Below, in pieces: positions 10,538 to 20,196 of a stretch of DNA of 64,000 nucleotides. The stretch comes from a virus, in the IMG/VR virus record IMGVR_UViG_3300029827_000121, positions 9,744 through 73,743 of that record; one strand, 5' to 3'. The translations under genes were made by a program, and so were the position numbers. Numbering within the stretch: position 1 is the first letter of the stretch; each line of letters opens with the position of its first letter. The notes beneath the pieces are model-generated. The model saw only the letters and a list, made by a program, of their open reading frames with translations. It ran no database searches and was not told the origin of the DNA.

Positions 10538-10729
10538 ATGAGTACTCAGCAATTACACAATGTAGATCAGCTGATCGATTCGGTTGTTAAACATGATGTT
10601 CATGACCGTATTATCAATTATTTGGTTAAAATGAATGAGGAAATAATTATTCGAGAATTGAGAGAAAAAACAATCGAATTAATAAAAACTCTCAACGAGT
10701 TTATTGAGAATATTGATAACCCACAATAA
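10538..10729 (+). CDS. Hypothetical early protein
   Basis: GGAGG SD preceded by the TAACCGG motif. Confidence 0.55.
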   Translation: MSTQQLHNVDQLIDSVVKHDVHDRIINYLVKMNEEIIIRELREKTIELIKTLNEFIENIDNPQ

Positions 10730-10887
10730 TTAAATAGATCCCTGCGGGGATAAGTAGCACCTTTAACTGTTACTAGGTTTGTAGTCTACGGTACCATTAT
10801 GGGAGTATTGTCATTGCTGCCACAATGCCGTATAATAGGTATAGGTACTATATATATCAATGAACGATATTAGCTGAGTGATGGAAT

Positions 10888-10920
10888 TAAAAAAGCGGAC
10901 AGGTTGTGCGCCTGTCCGCT
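10888..10920 (-). terminator. Intrinsic terminator (leftward)
   Basis: AGCGGACAGG/CCTGTCCGCT 10-bp stem with an A-run on the left side. Confidence 0.6.
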
Positions 10921-11125
10921 CTGTGCGTCAATAACTATGAGTCTGGATACAATGCATTCCATCATTACTCTATATGATAGCACATTTTCACAAACAATGC
11001 AAGTATTTTATTTCTCAACGATTTACAACACTTGATAAATAATAATCTATAGAGTATTCAATAGGATAGTAGGGGATTTTATAGGATGTATTCTAAATGA
11101 GAATACGCTTTTTTATATTATTTTA

Positions 11126-11154
11126 TTGACATCGTCTCACAATAGCAGTATATT
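11126..11154 (+). promoter_or_regulatory. Sigma70-type early promoter
   Basis: TTGACA-17 bp-TATATT upstream of the rightward early cluster. Confidence 0.8.
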
Positions 11155-11199
11155 GGATTGTATAATTAATTAATCAATCACCCATAACCGGGAGGATAC

Positions 11200-11628
11200 A
11201 TGGCTACATTAAAATTTTCAGTCCGTCAAACTGGTAGGCCATATGGTCCTACTGAACGTATTACCGCAACCGATTATTCAATAGTGTCAAAACATACAAC
11301 ACTATCAGCAGCACAAAAAAAACACTCAAAATTATTATCAGAGATGCGGCAATGTTGCGGTCAAAATGGCTGGGACAATCATTTTGCTATCATGCCAATA
11401 GCTGATATTAAAATGATGCAATCATCCACCTGCCCTCATTGTTTTACGACAGTTAAATTTAAATGGATTTGGGAGGCGAACCAATTAAATCCCCATTTCA
11501 TTCCACCATGCGCATGCGAATACACTGACGATGCATACCACTATGATAAACCGGATAAAAAAATACTCGAACCAATAATAAATAAATGGGCAAATGAAAA
11601 CAATATTGAAATAATTTCAATATCCTAA
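11200..11628 (+). CDS. Hypothetical early protein (CxxC motifs)
   Basis: GGAGG SD, follows the promoter. Confidence 0.65.
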   Translation: MATLKFSVRQTGRPYGPTERITATDYSIVSKHTTLSAAQKKHSKLLSEMRQCCGQNGWDNHFAIMPIADIKMMQSSTCPHCFTTVKFKWIWEANQLNPHFIPPCACEYTDDAYHYDKPDKKILEPIINKWANENNIEIISIS

Positions 11629-11773
11629 TCAGGGAAAAAGGCAAGGAAAAAATAAAATACTTTTTTTAACTCTACATTAAATTAATTTATGGAAACAGCC
11701 TAAAATAAAAATCCCCTATTCCCGCGTTAACGAGAATAGGGTTTTATCACACCTAACCGGAAAGGGGTTAGAT

Positions 11774-12589
11774 ATGAATATTCAAGGAAAGGCAAAAGAT
11801 CAGATTGAAAAGCTTGTAAAAGAATTTCAATCGGGGAATGTAGTCGAATCTGTGTCTAAAATAGTTATTGTTGACCGCAATATTCCATCATTTAAATGGT
11901 CAATGTTAAATCGATGGATGGCCTATGCTCAGACCGGGGATACAGATAGCAGGGGATTCCGGCAATGGGAACAAGCGGGGAGAAGTGTAAACAAGGGCGA
12001 AAAAGCCGCATATATCCTTCGGCCTATTCATATTAAAAAGACAGTTAAAAATGAAGAAACGGGGGAAGAATCGGACACTTTTATCCTTATTGGATACGGA
12101 AGTATACCGGTATTCGGTGCATCACAAACAACCGGGACACCATTAGAATATGAAAAAGCCCCTGAAGAATTACCAGCCTTAAATGAAATTGCTTCTGATT
12201 TGGGAATATCCATCAAATATACGGTTTTTGGTGGGGCTTTTTACGGTTGTTATGATTTTAATAATAAGATTACTCTTTATACTCATGATGAACAAACTTT
12301 TTTACACGAACTTTCTCACGCTATCCATCAAAAAGTATGCGGTAATTTAAAAGGTGGGCAACATCCTAGCCAAGAAATTGTGGCGGAATTCTGTTCCTGC
12401 GTTTTGGCTAGAATGTATGGCAAAAAGACACCTAATGAAGGGAATTCTTATAAATATATCGAAAGATATGCCCAACAAATAAAGAAAAGTGTTCCCGATT
12501 CAATACTTTCCTTTATGTCGGATATCGTAAAAGTTTTGGATTATATCATTGAGAAAAAAGAATCTTTATCAATAGCAACAGCAGCATAA
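11774..12589 (+). CDS. ardC: ArdC-like antirestriction protein (ssDNA-binding domain + zincin metallopeptidase)
   Basis: RGFRQWEQAGRSVNKGEKA N-domain motif, PVF, and HELSH...EIVAE zincin motif. Confidence 0.85.
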   Translation: MNIQGKAKDQIEKLVKEFQSGNVVESVSKIVIVDRNIPSFKWSMLNRWMAYAQTGDTDSRGFRQWEQAGRSVNKGEKAAYILRPIHIKKTVKNEETGEESDTFILIGYGSIPVFGASQTTGTPLEYEKAPEELPALNEIASDLGISIKYTVFGGAFYGCYDFNNKITLYTHDEQTFLHELSHAIHQKVCGNLKGGQHPSQEIVAEFCSCVLARMYGKKTPNEGNSYKYIERYAQQIKKSVPDSILSFMSDIVKVLDYIIEKKESLSIATAA

Positions 12590-12628
12590 ACCAAGGGGGA
12601 GAAATCCCCCTTTAGAAAGAAATCAATT

Positions 12629-13030
12629 ATGAATATCATTGAATCTATCGGGAAATGGGGAGTAAAAAGCACTCCTGAACATATGTTTTATGATCGAATA
12701 AGAAAACCAAGATCAGGCGATATCGTAAAATTTACAGATAAAGAATATCCCCACCATAACGGCGAATATGGAAGAATAGAAAGTTTTGGGGGATGGAAAG
12801 AAGGTGAATATCATATTTGTTGTGGGCTGGGGAGTGCTTTTTTATTTGAAAATGGTCACGTTAGTATTTCAGGTGGGCCATTTGAATCGGTTATCCCCGC
12901 AAGATTAATTTCAACAGGTGAATTATATTTAGCACAATATTGGAATTGGGGAAACAATCTACCGGGAGGTGGTCAAGGAGTATACTACTTTTTCCATCGA
13001 CCGGTTTTTTTATTGGAAAGTAAAAAATAA
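12629..13030 (+). CDS. Hypothetical phage protein
   Basis: Co-oriented in the early cluster; SGGPF/WNW motifs. Confidence 0.6.
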   Translation: MNIIESIGKWGVKSTPEHMFYDRIRKPRSGDIVKFTDKEYPHHNGEYGRIESFGGWKEGEYHICCGLGSAFLFENGHVSISGGPFESVIPARLISTGELYLAQYWNWGNNLPGGGQGVYYFFHRPVFLLESKK

Positions 13031-13080
13031 ACCATCTTTGACCGGCGGCAGGTCGATAAACTCGCTGAAAGGACAGTATT

Positions 13081-13596
13081 ATGAACAGGACAATAGGTAT
13101 TGATTATGGAGCAGGAAAAACGAATATTGATACTGAAAATAATATTCGTTATGGTGTAATTAATGTTAATGAAGTAGTGCAAGCTTTCTATGATAGTGCT
13201 GCACCGATAGATTCAAACGCTTGTCCCTATTGCGGGAATACTCCTAAAAGTGGGAATAATATTCATGAAATGAAACGGTGTCCCTCATGCTATCATGCCT
13301 TGGAAGAAAGTGATTTTTGGGACAGTGAACCTATCGGCTGGAAAATAGACGATGGTGAATATATCGCAGAAATATCTTCCGACGATACTGATGTTTTTAT
13401 TTTAAAATCCCCATATTTTACTTATTGTCAGTATTGTTCCCCTTGTGCTCCCGGTGCCGGATATATTATGAATACCGTTAAAGACGGAGTAAAGGCTTAT
13501 TGTTTTGGCCATGATTTTTTTGACGATGAAAAAGCACCTTATCCTGTTTACTCTGTTGAAACAGGTGAATTAATTGAAAAGGGGGAAGAAAAATGA
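13081..13596 (+). CDS. Hypothetical Zn-ribbon-containing phage protein
   Basis: CPYC, CPSC, CSPCAPGAG motifs. Confidence 0.65.
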   Translation: MNRTIGIDYGAGKTNIDTENNIRYGVINVNEVVQAFYDSAAPIDSNACPYCGNTPKSGNNIHEMKRCPSCYHALEESDFWDSEPIGWKIDDGEYIAEISSDDTDVFILKSPYFTYCQYCSPCAPGAGYIMNTVKDGVKAYCFGHDFFDDEKAPYPVYSVETGELIEKGEEK

Positions 13597-14282
13597 AAAC
13601 TAAAATCTTATCCATCACAGTAGAACAAAGAATAGACGATTGCCCTGACACTTCTTTTCTTGGGGAGTATACGAATAAACCATCTTTTTGGGCGATTGAT
13701 CGTAAATATAATACTTTTGTATGTAAAATTGAACAAAGAGAAAGAATTATCGAACAATTGGAAGATAGAATTTATGATTTAGAAGATCTTGATAATAAAA
13801 AAATGGCTAGAATGAAAAAAAGAAAAGTAAAAATTGAACAGTCTTTTCCTTCTGATTGTTTTCTTGATCGTAATCAATATAGATATTTTATTCCATGCAA
13901 TCACCTTCCCCATAATCCTAAAAATTGGATTCATGTTCAAGGCAAAGAATTAGAAAAAGTCATAAAAGAACACGGAAGCATTAAATCCGCTGATATGCAT
14001 TACGCAATTGAAGATTATAAACGGATGGAATCACTCAATAGGGGTGACTGGTGTTTTATTGGAATCATGGCAAAGGCAACAGTGCAAACCGAAAACGGAA
14101 TTACTCAGCATATTACTTCAGGGGGCTTATGGGGGATTGAAAGCGATTCCGGCAATTATATCAAAGAAGTAGTAAAGGAACAACTATCCTCATTAAAATG
14201 TGAATTGCTTTCTTTCGGCTTTTCAGAAAGAGCTATTCACTATGCCATGAAAAAATGGGATGGTGAAATAATAGAAAAATAA
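13593..14282 (+). CDS. Hypothetical phage protein
   Basis: ATGA overlap with the previous gene; GDWCFIGI...GLWGIES motif. Confidence 0.65.
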   Translation: MKTKILSITVEQRIDDCPDTSFLGEYTNKPSFWAIDRKYNTFVCKIEQRERIIEQLEDRIYDLEDLDNKKMARMKKRKVKIEQSFPSDCFLDRNQYRYFIPCNHLPHNPKNWIHVQGKELEKVIKEHGSIKSADMHYAIEDYKRMESLNRGDWCFIGIMAKATVQTENGITQHITSGGLWGIESDSGNYIKEVVKEQLSSLKCELLSFGFSERAIHYAMKKWDGEIIEK

Positions 14283-14553
14283 TATCCACTAAAAAAGAAA
14301 AAAAATTATGAAAAAGGAAATTTCTCAAAAATTAAAAAATAAAATTGTCGGACAATCAGCGAAAATGAGAGATAAAAATGATACCGTTATTGAAGGCGTT
14401 ATCATCGGACGGCTTGCTGAATTCCCGGTTTTCCGTACTCTTGACGGTCTCATTACAATAGAATTATCATGGAATTTAGCTTATCGTGCAGTTTTTGAAA
14501 ACGTCTATATAATAGGATAAACAAACCATCTTATTAACCGGAAAGGGGTTAAT

Positions 14554-14808
14554 ATGTCAACCGAAATTAAGGCTATATATGACAATGAGGGGAAAACAAT
14601 CGACCGGTATACGGTATATTTCAATTCGTATAATGAAATCATTGACGGAAACCCTGTTTATAGTTGTGTGGCAATGAATGAACGGCCATTTCATCCCTTT
14701 GGTTTCTGCAATCACAATACGGGTATATTGGGGGAACACAATGGAAAAATCATTCCCTTCAAACAATTACCGGATATTTGCCAAAAAGCTGTTTTACTTT
14801 TATTATAA
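14554..14808 (+). CDS. Hypothetical phage protein
   Basis: YDNEGKTIDRYTV...PFHPFGF motif; TAACCGGAAAGGGG leader. Confidence 0.65.
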   Translation: MSTEIKAIYDNEGKTIDRYTVYFNSYNEIIDGNPVYSCVAMNERPFHPFGFCNHNTGILGEHNGKIIPFKQLPDICQKAVLLLL

Positions 14809-14905
14809 CAAGATCTGAATTGAAAGAAAGAATTCATTGCCGGAATATTGCCGAAAGGTTATTATTAAAGGATTGTATTAACCAATAAAAAAGGAGCGTG
14901 ACGCA

Positions 14906-15319
14906 ATGAAAAGATTTTTATTGCCGTGCATTATACTGTTTTTTGTTCCGACAATTAATGGGCAAAATATATATGTTAATGGTCAAGCAAAAGATAATAT
15001 TGGAAATAGATTAATTTATAAAGTCAAAGAGAACATCAGACAATCAAAAGGAATGATTTTATATCCTTCGGAAACCGGTTCAGGTATTCAAATCAACATA
15101 ATTACTTTAGATGCATTAGAAGATAATTTATCCACAGTATATTCTATTGTATGGACATGGACCACTTCAAACAATTTTAAATCATTTATTACTCATCATG
15201 TTGGTATGTGCGGAAAATATAAAATAAATGATGTTGCCGAACAAATTGTTGCCGATACGGATGAAATTATTATGGAATTAAAAAAGATAATACTTGATAT
15301 TTATAACGAAAATCAATAA
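14906..15319 (+). CDS. Secreted protein (signal peptide)
   Basis: MKRFLLPCIILFFVPTING N-terminus; AAGGAG SD. Confidence 0.65.
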   Translation: MKRFLLPCIILFFVPTINGQNIYVNGQAKDNIGNRLIYKVKENIRQSKGMILYPSETGSGIQINIITLDALEDNLSTVYSIVWTWTTSNNFKSFITHHVGMCGKYKINDVAEQIVADTDEIIMELKKIILDIYNENQ

Positions 15320-15390
15320 TACTCTATGAAGGAAAGCAAACGCCAAAATATTTTTTTAACTCAAAAACAATAGAAAGGATGGAAAAATAT

Positions 15391-15648
15391 ATTGCCATGG
15401 CGTAGTTGGGCCTTGTTACGCATTGCAAAGCAAAGGTAATGCCAAGTATAGCAATGTATTGTGTTGTAAAGGTATAGTGTAGCTGGGCCATGTTGCGCTG
15501 TGCAAAGGCAAAGCGTAGTTAGGCAATGTAGTGTATGGCAAAGGTAATGCGAAGTTGGGCCATGTAGCGTAATGCAAAGGCATAGCTCTGCGTGGTATAG
15601 TTAAGCCATGCAAAGGCATTGCATAGTTGTGTGAGGTAATGCAAAGGC
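15391..15648 (+). repeat. Array A1: (NNNGY)n + AAAGGY units, about 7 units; putative guide ncRNA
   Basis: Parse: aaaggt aatgc caagt atagc aatgt attgt gttgt aaaggt atagt gtagc tgggc catgt tgcgc tgtgc aaaggc... Confidence 0.9.
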
Positions 15649-15663
15649 ATGCCTTGAGCAAAG

Positions 15664-15740
15664 TAAATTTTCCCTGTCCCGATTCACTGCCTTCATTGTA
15701 TCAGGCGGATGAAGGTAAGGAAAAAGGCAGGGAAAATTTA
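15664..15740. other. Stem-loop insert interrupting array A
   Basis: 13-bp perfect IR TAAATTTTCCCTG/CAGGGAAAATTTA with inner CCTTCAT/ATGAAGG stem. Confidence 0.8.
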
Positions 15741-15754
15741 TAATTATTTTCGCT

Positions 15755-16577
15755 AATGCAAAGTAATGCAGCGCTTGTCACCGCAAAGGCACGGTTTAGT
15801 TTGGCCCCGTGTTTCTAAGCGAAGCAAAGGCGAAGCATTGTGAAGATAGGTGATGATAAGCAAAAGATAAGTAATGTTTTGTAAAGTTTAGTAATGCACA
15901 GGCATAGTTCTGTATTGTATCGTATAGCACAGCAAAGGCATGGTGATGTACAGTGAAGTTCAGCAATGTACAGTAAAGACTAAGTCAGGTGTAGTACAGC
16001 AAAGCAATTGTAACGCACAGCAAAGGCATAGTTCAGTATAGTAAAGTTAAGCGAACCATCGGCAAAGTATAGCGGAGTATAGCTTGGCAAAGACTATGTT
16101 TGGTGCAGAGGGGTGCAGCTAAGTACAGCAATGGCGATGCATAGAAAGGTGGTGGGAAACACTGCACAGGCTAGGCAAAGTGGAGCATAGCTTGGCAAAA
16201 GCAAAGCGGGGCGTCGTTTTGTGTTGTATGGCAAAGCAAAAGCAATGTGAAGCAGGGTCTTGTTTAGCACAGGTAATGCAGTGTATAGTATTGTGTGGCA
16301 ATAGCACAGCGGAGCTGTGTTACGCACCGTTTGGCATAGGCATAGTTTAGTGAAGTAATGCATAGCATAGGCAGAGTCTGGAACAGTACCGTTTGGCACA
16401 GGCATAGTTAAGCCCCGTCATATACAGTTGCGCATTGTAAAGGCTGGGCGTAGTGATGCATAGTGAAGCACAGGCAAAGCTTGGCAATGTAATGTATAGC
16501 TCAGGCAAGGCGTGGCAAAGCATAGTACAGTCGCGCACAGGCAATGCGAGGCGCAGTATGGTGTTGTATTGAAAAGC
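15755..16577 (+). repeat. Array A2: (NNNGY)n + AHAGGY units, about 23 units; putative guide ncRNA
   Basis: Same 5-nt periodic grammar, more degenerate hexamers (aaagac, aaaagc, aatggc). Confidence 0.9.
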
Positions 16578-16582
16578 AAAAA

Positions 16583-16611
16583 GGTTTCGTCTCGTTTTTT
16601 GAGGCGAAACC
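16583..16611. terminator. Hairpin closing array A
   Basis: GGTTTCGTCTC/GAGGCGAAACC stem immediately after the last unit. Confidence 0.5.
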
Positions 16612-16643
16612 ACTACTTTAACTTTAACAAAAGGAGTCCCATC

Positions 16644-17057
16644 ATGAGATACGCAATTGCCGTTTTGAGACACGCAAAACAACCAGACATCAAATGTCTG
16701 GAAATGCCGCAATTTTACCGCTCTATAAAAGAGATAGCTGTTCCTCATGCTTTATTGTTTGAAGATTTATCTAAAGCTCTTCAGATAAAAAATGAATTGG
16801 ATATCAGCCCTTATATTGCCGAAGGGGATGAATGGGCAAAACCCGACTTCTATGTAGTCAATCATGTCGTCGCCGATTACATCCGTACGGCACGTTTTGG
16901 TAATGAAGATGTATATGAATGGAAAAAATGTTTCTGTGAAAAGAACAACGGCGCACCTTGTCGGGAATGTTTTATATGCATGCGTTTTCGAATCCTTTCA
17001 GATCGAAGATTCATTATTACTCATCGTGAAGTTGAAAAGGAAGGAGTAAAGGCATGA
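16644..17057 (+). CDS. Hypothetical protein with Cys cluster (start MRYAIAV)
   Basis: AAGGAG SD before ATG 16644; the longer ORF-track start lies inside the array. Confidence 0.6.
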   Translation: MRYAIAVLRHAKQPDIKCLEMPQFYRSIKEIAVPHALLFEDLSKALQIKNELDISPYIAEGDEWAKPDFYVVNHVVADYIRTARFGNEDVYEWKKCFCEKNNGAPCRECFICMRFRILSDRRFIITHREVEKEGVKA

Positions 17058-17446
17058 AAATGTCGGTTATTCTCATACTATTATGTCTATTTTCCTGCAA
17101 CAGCCTTCGAGGACCAACGGGTCCGGCAGGTCCGGCAGGTCCGCGAGGACCACAAGGAGAACAGGGAGAACCGGGAGAAATACGTCCGATTGTAAAAAGC
17201 GGTATCCTTTATTCTTCTGAAAAAGTGGAAGGAAAAGATTATTGGGAAATCATATTACTCGGACATGAAGATTTTTTTGTCATGTTACCTGATACCATAC
17301 TTATTAATTGTTATGTCCGTAAAGGAAGTGGGTATATGTGGCATTCCCCGATTTGGTATTATGGTAACTGGTATATAAGAATCTTTGATGATGAGGAATG
17401 CGATCCCGGTGATGAGTACATAATTACCGCTATTGTTCCCGATTAA
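17054..17446 (+). CDS. Lipoprotein with collagen-like Gly-X-Y repeat
   Basis: Lipobox LFSC then GPTGPAGPAGPRGPQGEQGEPGE. Confidence 0.8.
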   Translation: MKMSVILILLCLFSCNSLRGPTGPAGPAGPRGPQGEQGEPGEIRPIVKSGILYSSEKVEGKDYWEIILLGHEDFFVMLPDTILINCYVRKGSGYMWHSPIWYYGNWYIRIFDDEECDPGDEYIITAIVPD

Positions 17447-17465
17447 TTCTATTTAATCTTCCATT

Positions 17466-17490
17466 AAAGCCCGTTTATACGGGCTTTTTT
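17466..17490 (+). terminator. Intrinsic terminator
   Basis: AAAGCCCGT-ttat-ACGGGCTTT followed by a T-run. Confidence 0.8.
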
Positions 17491-17532
17491 ATTGGTTTTA
17501 TAATAAGACAATTGTTATACATAATAAATATA

Positions 17533-17561
17533 TTGCAATCGTATAATTTATTAGATATATT
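17533..17561 (+). promoter_or_regulatory. Sigma70-type promoter
   Basis: TTGCAA-17-TATATT. Confidence 0.6.
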
Positions 17562-17576
17562 TATGGAAACAATTAA

Positions 17577-18482
17577 TTGATCGGAGATATTATGAAAAAA
17601 ACAATGGTTACGCCTTGGAACAAAATCGGCATCTCAATAAGAGGTGTTTCGTCATGGTCGGCTGCGGTAAAAAGAACAAATTTGATGTGGAGCGTATCCA
17701 AGCGTCAGCTTTGTTCATTTCAAAATAATAAAAAAGTTCCTACTACGGCTTGGGGAGTCTTCCGGGATGATACAGATGATTTTCTTGAAACCGTGGAAGC
17801 GAAAACCGACATATTACAAAATTCATCGGCATTTAATTTCGTTGATGAGTTTTTAAAAAAGATCCCCGGTGCCGAATATGATACCGCCGGATCACTCTTC
17901 GAAGGTAAATGTATTTTCGTTATTCTCAAGCTTCCCTATACCATTAAACTGGCTCCCCCTCCCCATGAATTGTTACATTGTTACCTCATGTTCCAAACGA
18001 CGCATGACGGTTCAATGAGGCATATGCGGCATCTGAAAAACAGTGCGAAACTGATGCTGGTATCTCTCTCAGGTGCCATATTACCACTTACCATTTCCAT
18101 TAACGGTACTGGTATATCAGTTATTAAACAAATAGAATCGATACACCGCAAACTCAATGCTTTGTTTCAAAAAAGCATCGATGATGAAATGTTTGATATC
18201 ATAATGAAAAAAATTTTTGGAAAAAACTGTTATGATTCTTCCAAAAAGAAAAATCAGATCGAATTAATAAAAAAATGGTTCGATGAAAGCAGTGAGAAAA
18301 ATGCTTATACCTTGTTGGTGACCTATCTCATTTGGATAGATCAGTACCGGACCACCCGAAAAACAAAACGGATGGCCAATTTAAACGATCACCAAATACA
18401 AATACAATCCTCCATCTTTTATGATGGTGCGGTAAAAAAGGAAAAAGCGTTTTTTAAATTAATAAAATTATTGAACAATTAA
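17577..18482 (+). CDS. DUF932 / TIGR03299-like phage-plasmid protein
   Basis: PWNKIG, RDDTDDFL, LQNSSAF, YDTAGSLFEGK, THDGS motifs. Confidence 0.75.
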   Translation: MIGDIMKKTMVTPWNKIGISIRGVSSWSAAVKRTNLMWSVSKRQLCSFQNNKKVPTTAWGVFRDDTDDFLETVEAKTDILQNSSAFNFVDEFLKKIPGAEYDTAGSLFEGKCIFVILKLPYTIKLAPPPHELLHCYLMFQTTHDGSMRHMRHLKNSAKLMLVSLSGAILPLTISINGTGISVIKQIESIHRKLNALFQKSIDDEMFDIIMKKIFGKNCYDSSKKKNQIELIKKWFDESSEKNAYTLLVTYLIWIDQYRTTRKTKRMANLNDHQIQIQSSIFYDGAVKKEKAFFKLIKLLNN

Positions 18483-18484
18483 TC

Positions 18485-18513
18485 TTGAAAATATTCAATA
18501 ATAATTATATATT
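18485..18513 (+). promoter_or_regulatory. Sigma70-type promoter
   Basis: TTGAAA-17-TATATT. Confidence 0.55.
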
Positions 18514-18544
18514 TTTAAAAAGCAACGATTAAACGAGGTTTATT

Positions 18545-18745
18545 ATGAATAAAAACCGTCCCGGACGGGGACGTATCATTCCCCCTGAACAAAGGGGATG
18601 TAAACCGACCGTGAGTGGTGATCCGAATGATCCCACTGTCAGCTATACTATAAGAATTCCATTATCCCTTAAAAACTTCTTGTTAAAGATCGGTCCAGAA
18701 AACTTAAGAAAGATGCTGAAACGGGAAAAACTGCGATATGGTTAA
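18545..18745 (+). CDS. Small putative DNA-binding (RHH-like) protein
   Basis: Basic N-terminus then VSYTIRIPLSLKNFL strand-helix pattern. Confidence 0.5.
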   Translation: MNKNRPGRGRIIPPEQRGCKPTVSGDPNDPTVSYTIRIPLSLKNFLLKIGPENLRKMLKREKLRYG

Positions 18746-18962
18746 ATTCATCTTTCAAGGAAAAAATGGTCCTGTTTTGGGATTAGGACTAAGTGAAGAA
18801 AATATCCGTCGATTAAAAGACGGTCAACCGATCCTTGTCGAAGGTGGATCGCTAAATTTAAATCATGATATTTTTATCATGTACGGCAAAACGGAACAAT
18901 CAATTGCCATGATTCTTTCACCCTATATAGATCCCGATACCGTAATTCATAAGGAAATGTAA
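18738..18962 (+). CDS. Hypothetical protein (LGLSEEN family), paralogue of 19488-19700
   Basis: LGLSEENIRRLKDGQPILV vs IGLSEENFNQLRNGETILI. Confidence 0.7.
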   Translation: MVKFIFQGKNGPVLGLGLSEENIRRLKDGQPILVEGGSLNLNHDIFIMYGKTEQSIAMILSPYIDPDTVIHKEM

Positions 18963-18967
18963 AAAAA

Positions 18968-19360
18968 ATGAAACGATTTATTTTTTTTATAATTTTTATT
19001 ATTTCTTGTACTGAAAATGTACAAGTGCAAACCAATGTACAAGTGCAAACTAAAGTATCTATATTAATTGATTATAGTAATATTAATTTCCTTTTTGTAA
19101 TGGGTAAAATTTATAGTGATCTGAAAATTTATGATGGAAAAATATTACATACTCATCTTATATGTTCAATTCCTCCGACTCATTCAGGAATTATTAAAGT
19201 AGATTCTATGACAATGCTAATATCCGAATTTACTTGTTCTTATACTTTTGAAGAACAAGGATATATTGATGTTAATGATACGGATATTATTATAAGAGAT
19301 ACACTTATAGCATCAGAAGATTATGATTGGATATTTGAACCTTATAAACCAAATTTTTAA
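18968..19360 (+). CDS. Lipoprotein, low GC
   Basis: MKRFIFFIIFIISC lipobox; short tandem repeat NVQVQT x2. Confidence 0.65.
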   Translation: MKRFIFFIIFIISCTENVQVQTNVQVQTKVSILIDYSNINFLFVMGKIYSDLKIYDGKILHTHLICSIPPTHSGIIKVDSMTMLISEFTCSYTFEEQGYIDVNDTDIIIRDTLIASEDYDWIFEPYKPNF

Positions 19361-19487
19361 AAACCAACAAATGAAATGCCAGGGTCCGCATTGATACATG
19401 TTAGCAATGAGAAGGTCCCCCTACGTCGGCAATTCCTTCCGATGTGTATCATCACCGGCTTGGCATTTCATTTATTACAAAACCATT

Positions 19488-19700
19488 ATGCCTGAAGAAA
19501 AACATCCCCTTTTATATATTGGATTGAGTGAAGAAAATTTTAATCAATTAAGAAATGGCGAAACGATTCTTATTGCCGCCGATGAATTGAAATTGAATCG
19601 CGATCTGAAAATTTATTACATTAAAACAAAAACAGAGCGTGCCAAAAAACTCACCCCGATTGTAATTCTCTCCAATACTGTAATGACGGATAATACATGA
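19488..19700 (+). CDS. Hypothetical protein (LGLSEEN family paralogue)
   Basis: Similarity to 18738-18962; start at MPEEK inferred. Confidence 0.55.
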   Translation: MPEEKHPLLYIGLSEENFNQLRNGETILIAADELKLNRDLKIYYIKTKTERAKKLTPIVILSNTVMTDNT

Positions 19701-20065
19701 TTTCCGATTGGAGATCACCCGATAAAATCTCCATTCTTCCTTCCACTTATGAAGATTGGGGAATACAGAATAGATTACAGAGAGTTTATCGCCGCCGTCG
19801 TGATGGTATGTCCGTTATCGTTACGGAAGAAAACCATGATGGAAAATGGTGGCAGCATGTATCGTGTGCATTCAATAAAAAAGGTAAACTTCCTTCATGG
19901 AATGATCTAAAAGAGGTAAAAAATATTTTTATCGGGAGATTCAAAAAGGCGATACAGATTTTACCCAATGAAAAAAATTATGTAAATATTCATCCTCAAT
20001 GTTTGCATTTATTTCATTGTCCCGATGATGGACTGCCCGATTTTACTCATGAGGGTATGTTGTGA
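19697..20065 (+). CDS. Conserved phage hypothetical protein
   Basis: WQHVS...PSWNDLKEVK...YVNIHPQCLHL motif recurrent in phage proteins. Confidence 0.7.
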   Translation: MISDWRSPDKISILPSTYEDWGIQNRLQRVYRRRRDGMSVIVTEENHDGKWWQHVSCAFNKKGKLPSWNDLKEVKNIFIGRFKKAIQILPNEKNYVNIHPQCLHLFHCPDDGLPDFTHEGML

Positions 20066-20196
20066 ATAGTTAATAGCAATTTAATTGATAATACAACAAA
20101 GGAATTTTATTAAGGGCGATAGATTTTTCACGACGGTGAAAAATTGACAAACAGCAGTTCCTTTCCGCTTGCTGCTTCGCCCCCTTTTTTGCAGAA

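Noticed and set aside
10260-11100. Possible additional periodic array in the GT-rich intergenic region
   Set aside because: It does not parse into NNNGY pentamers
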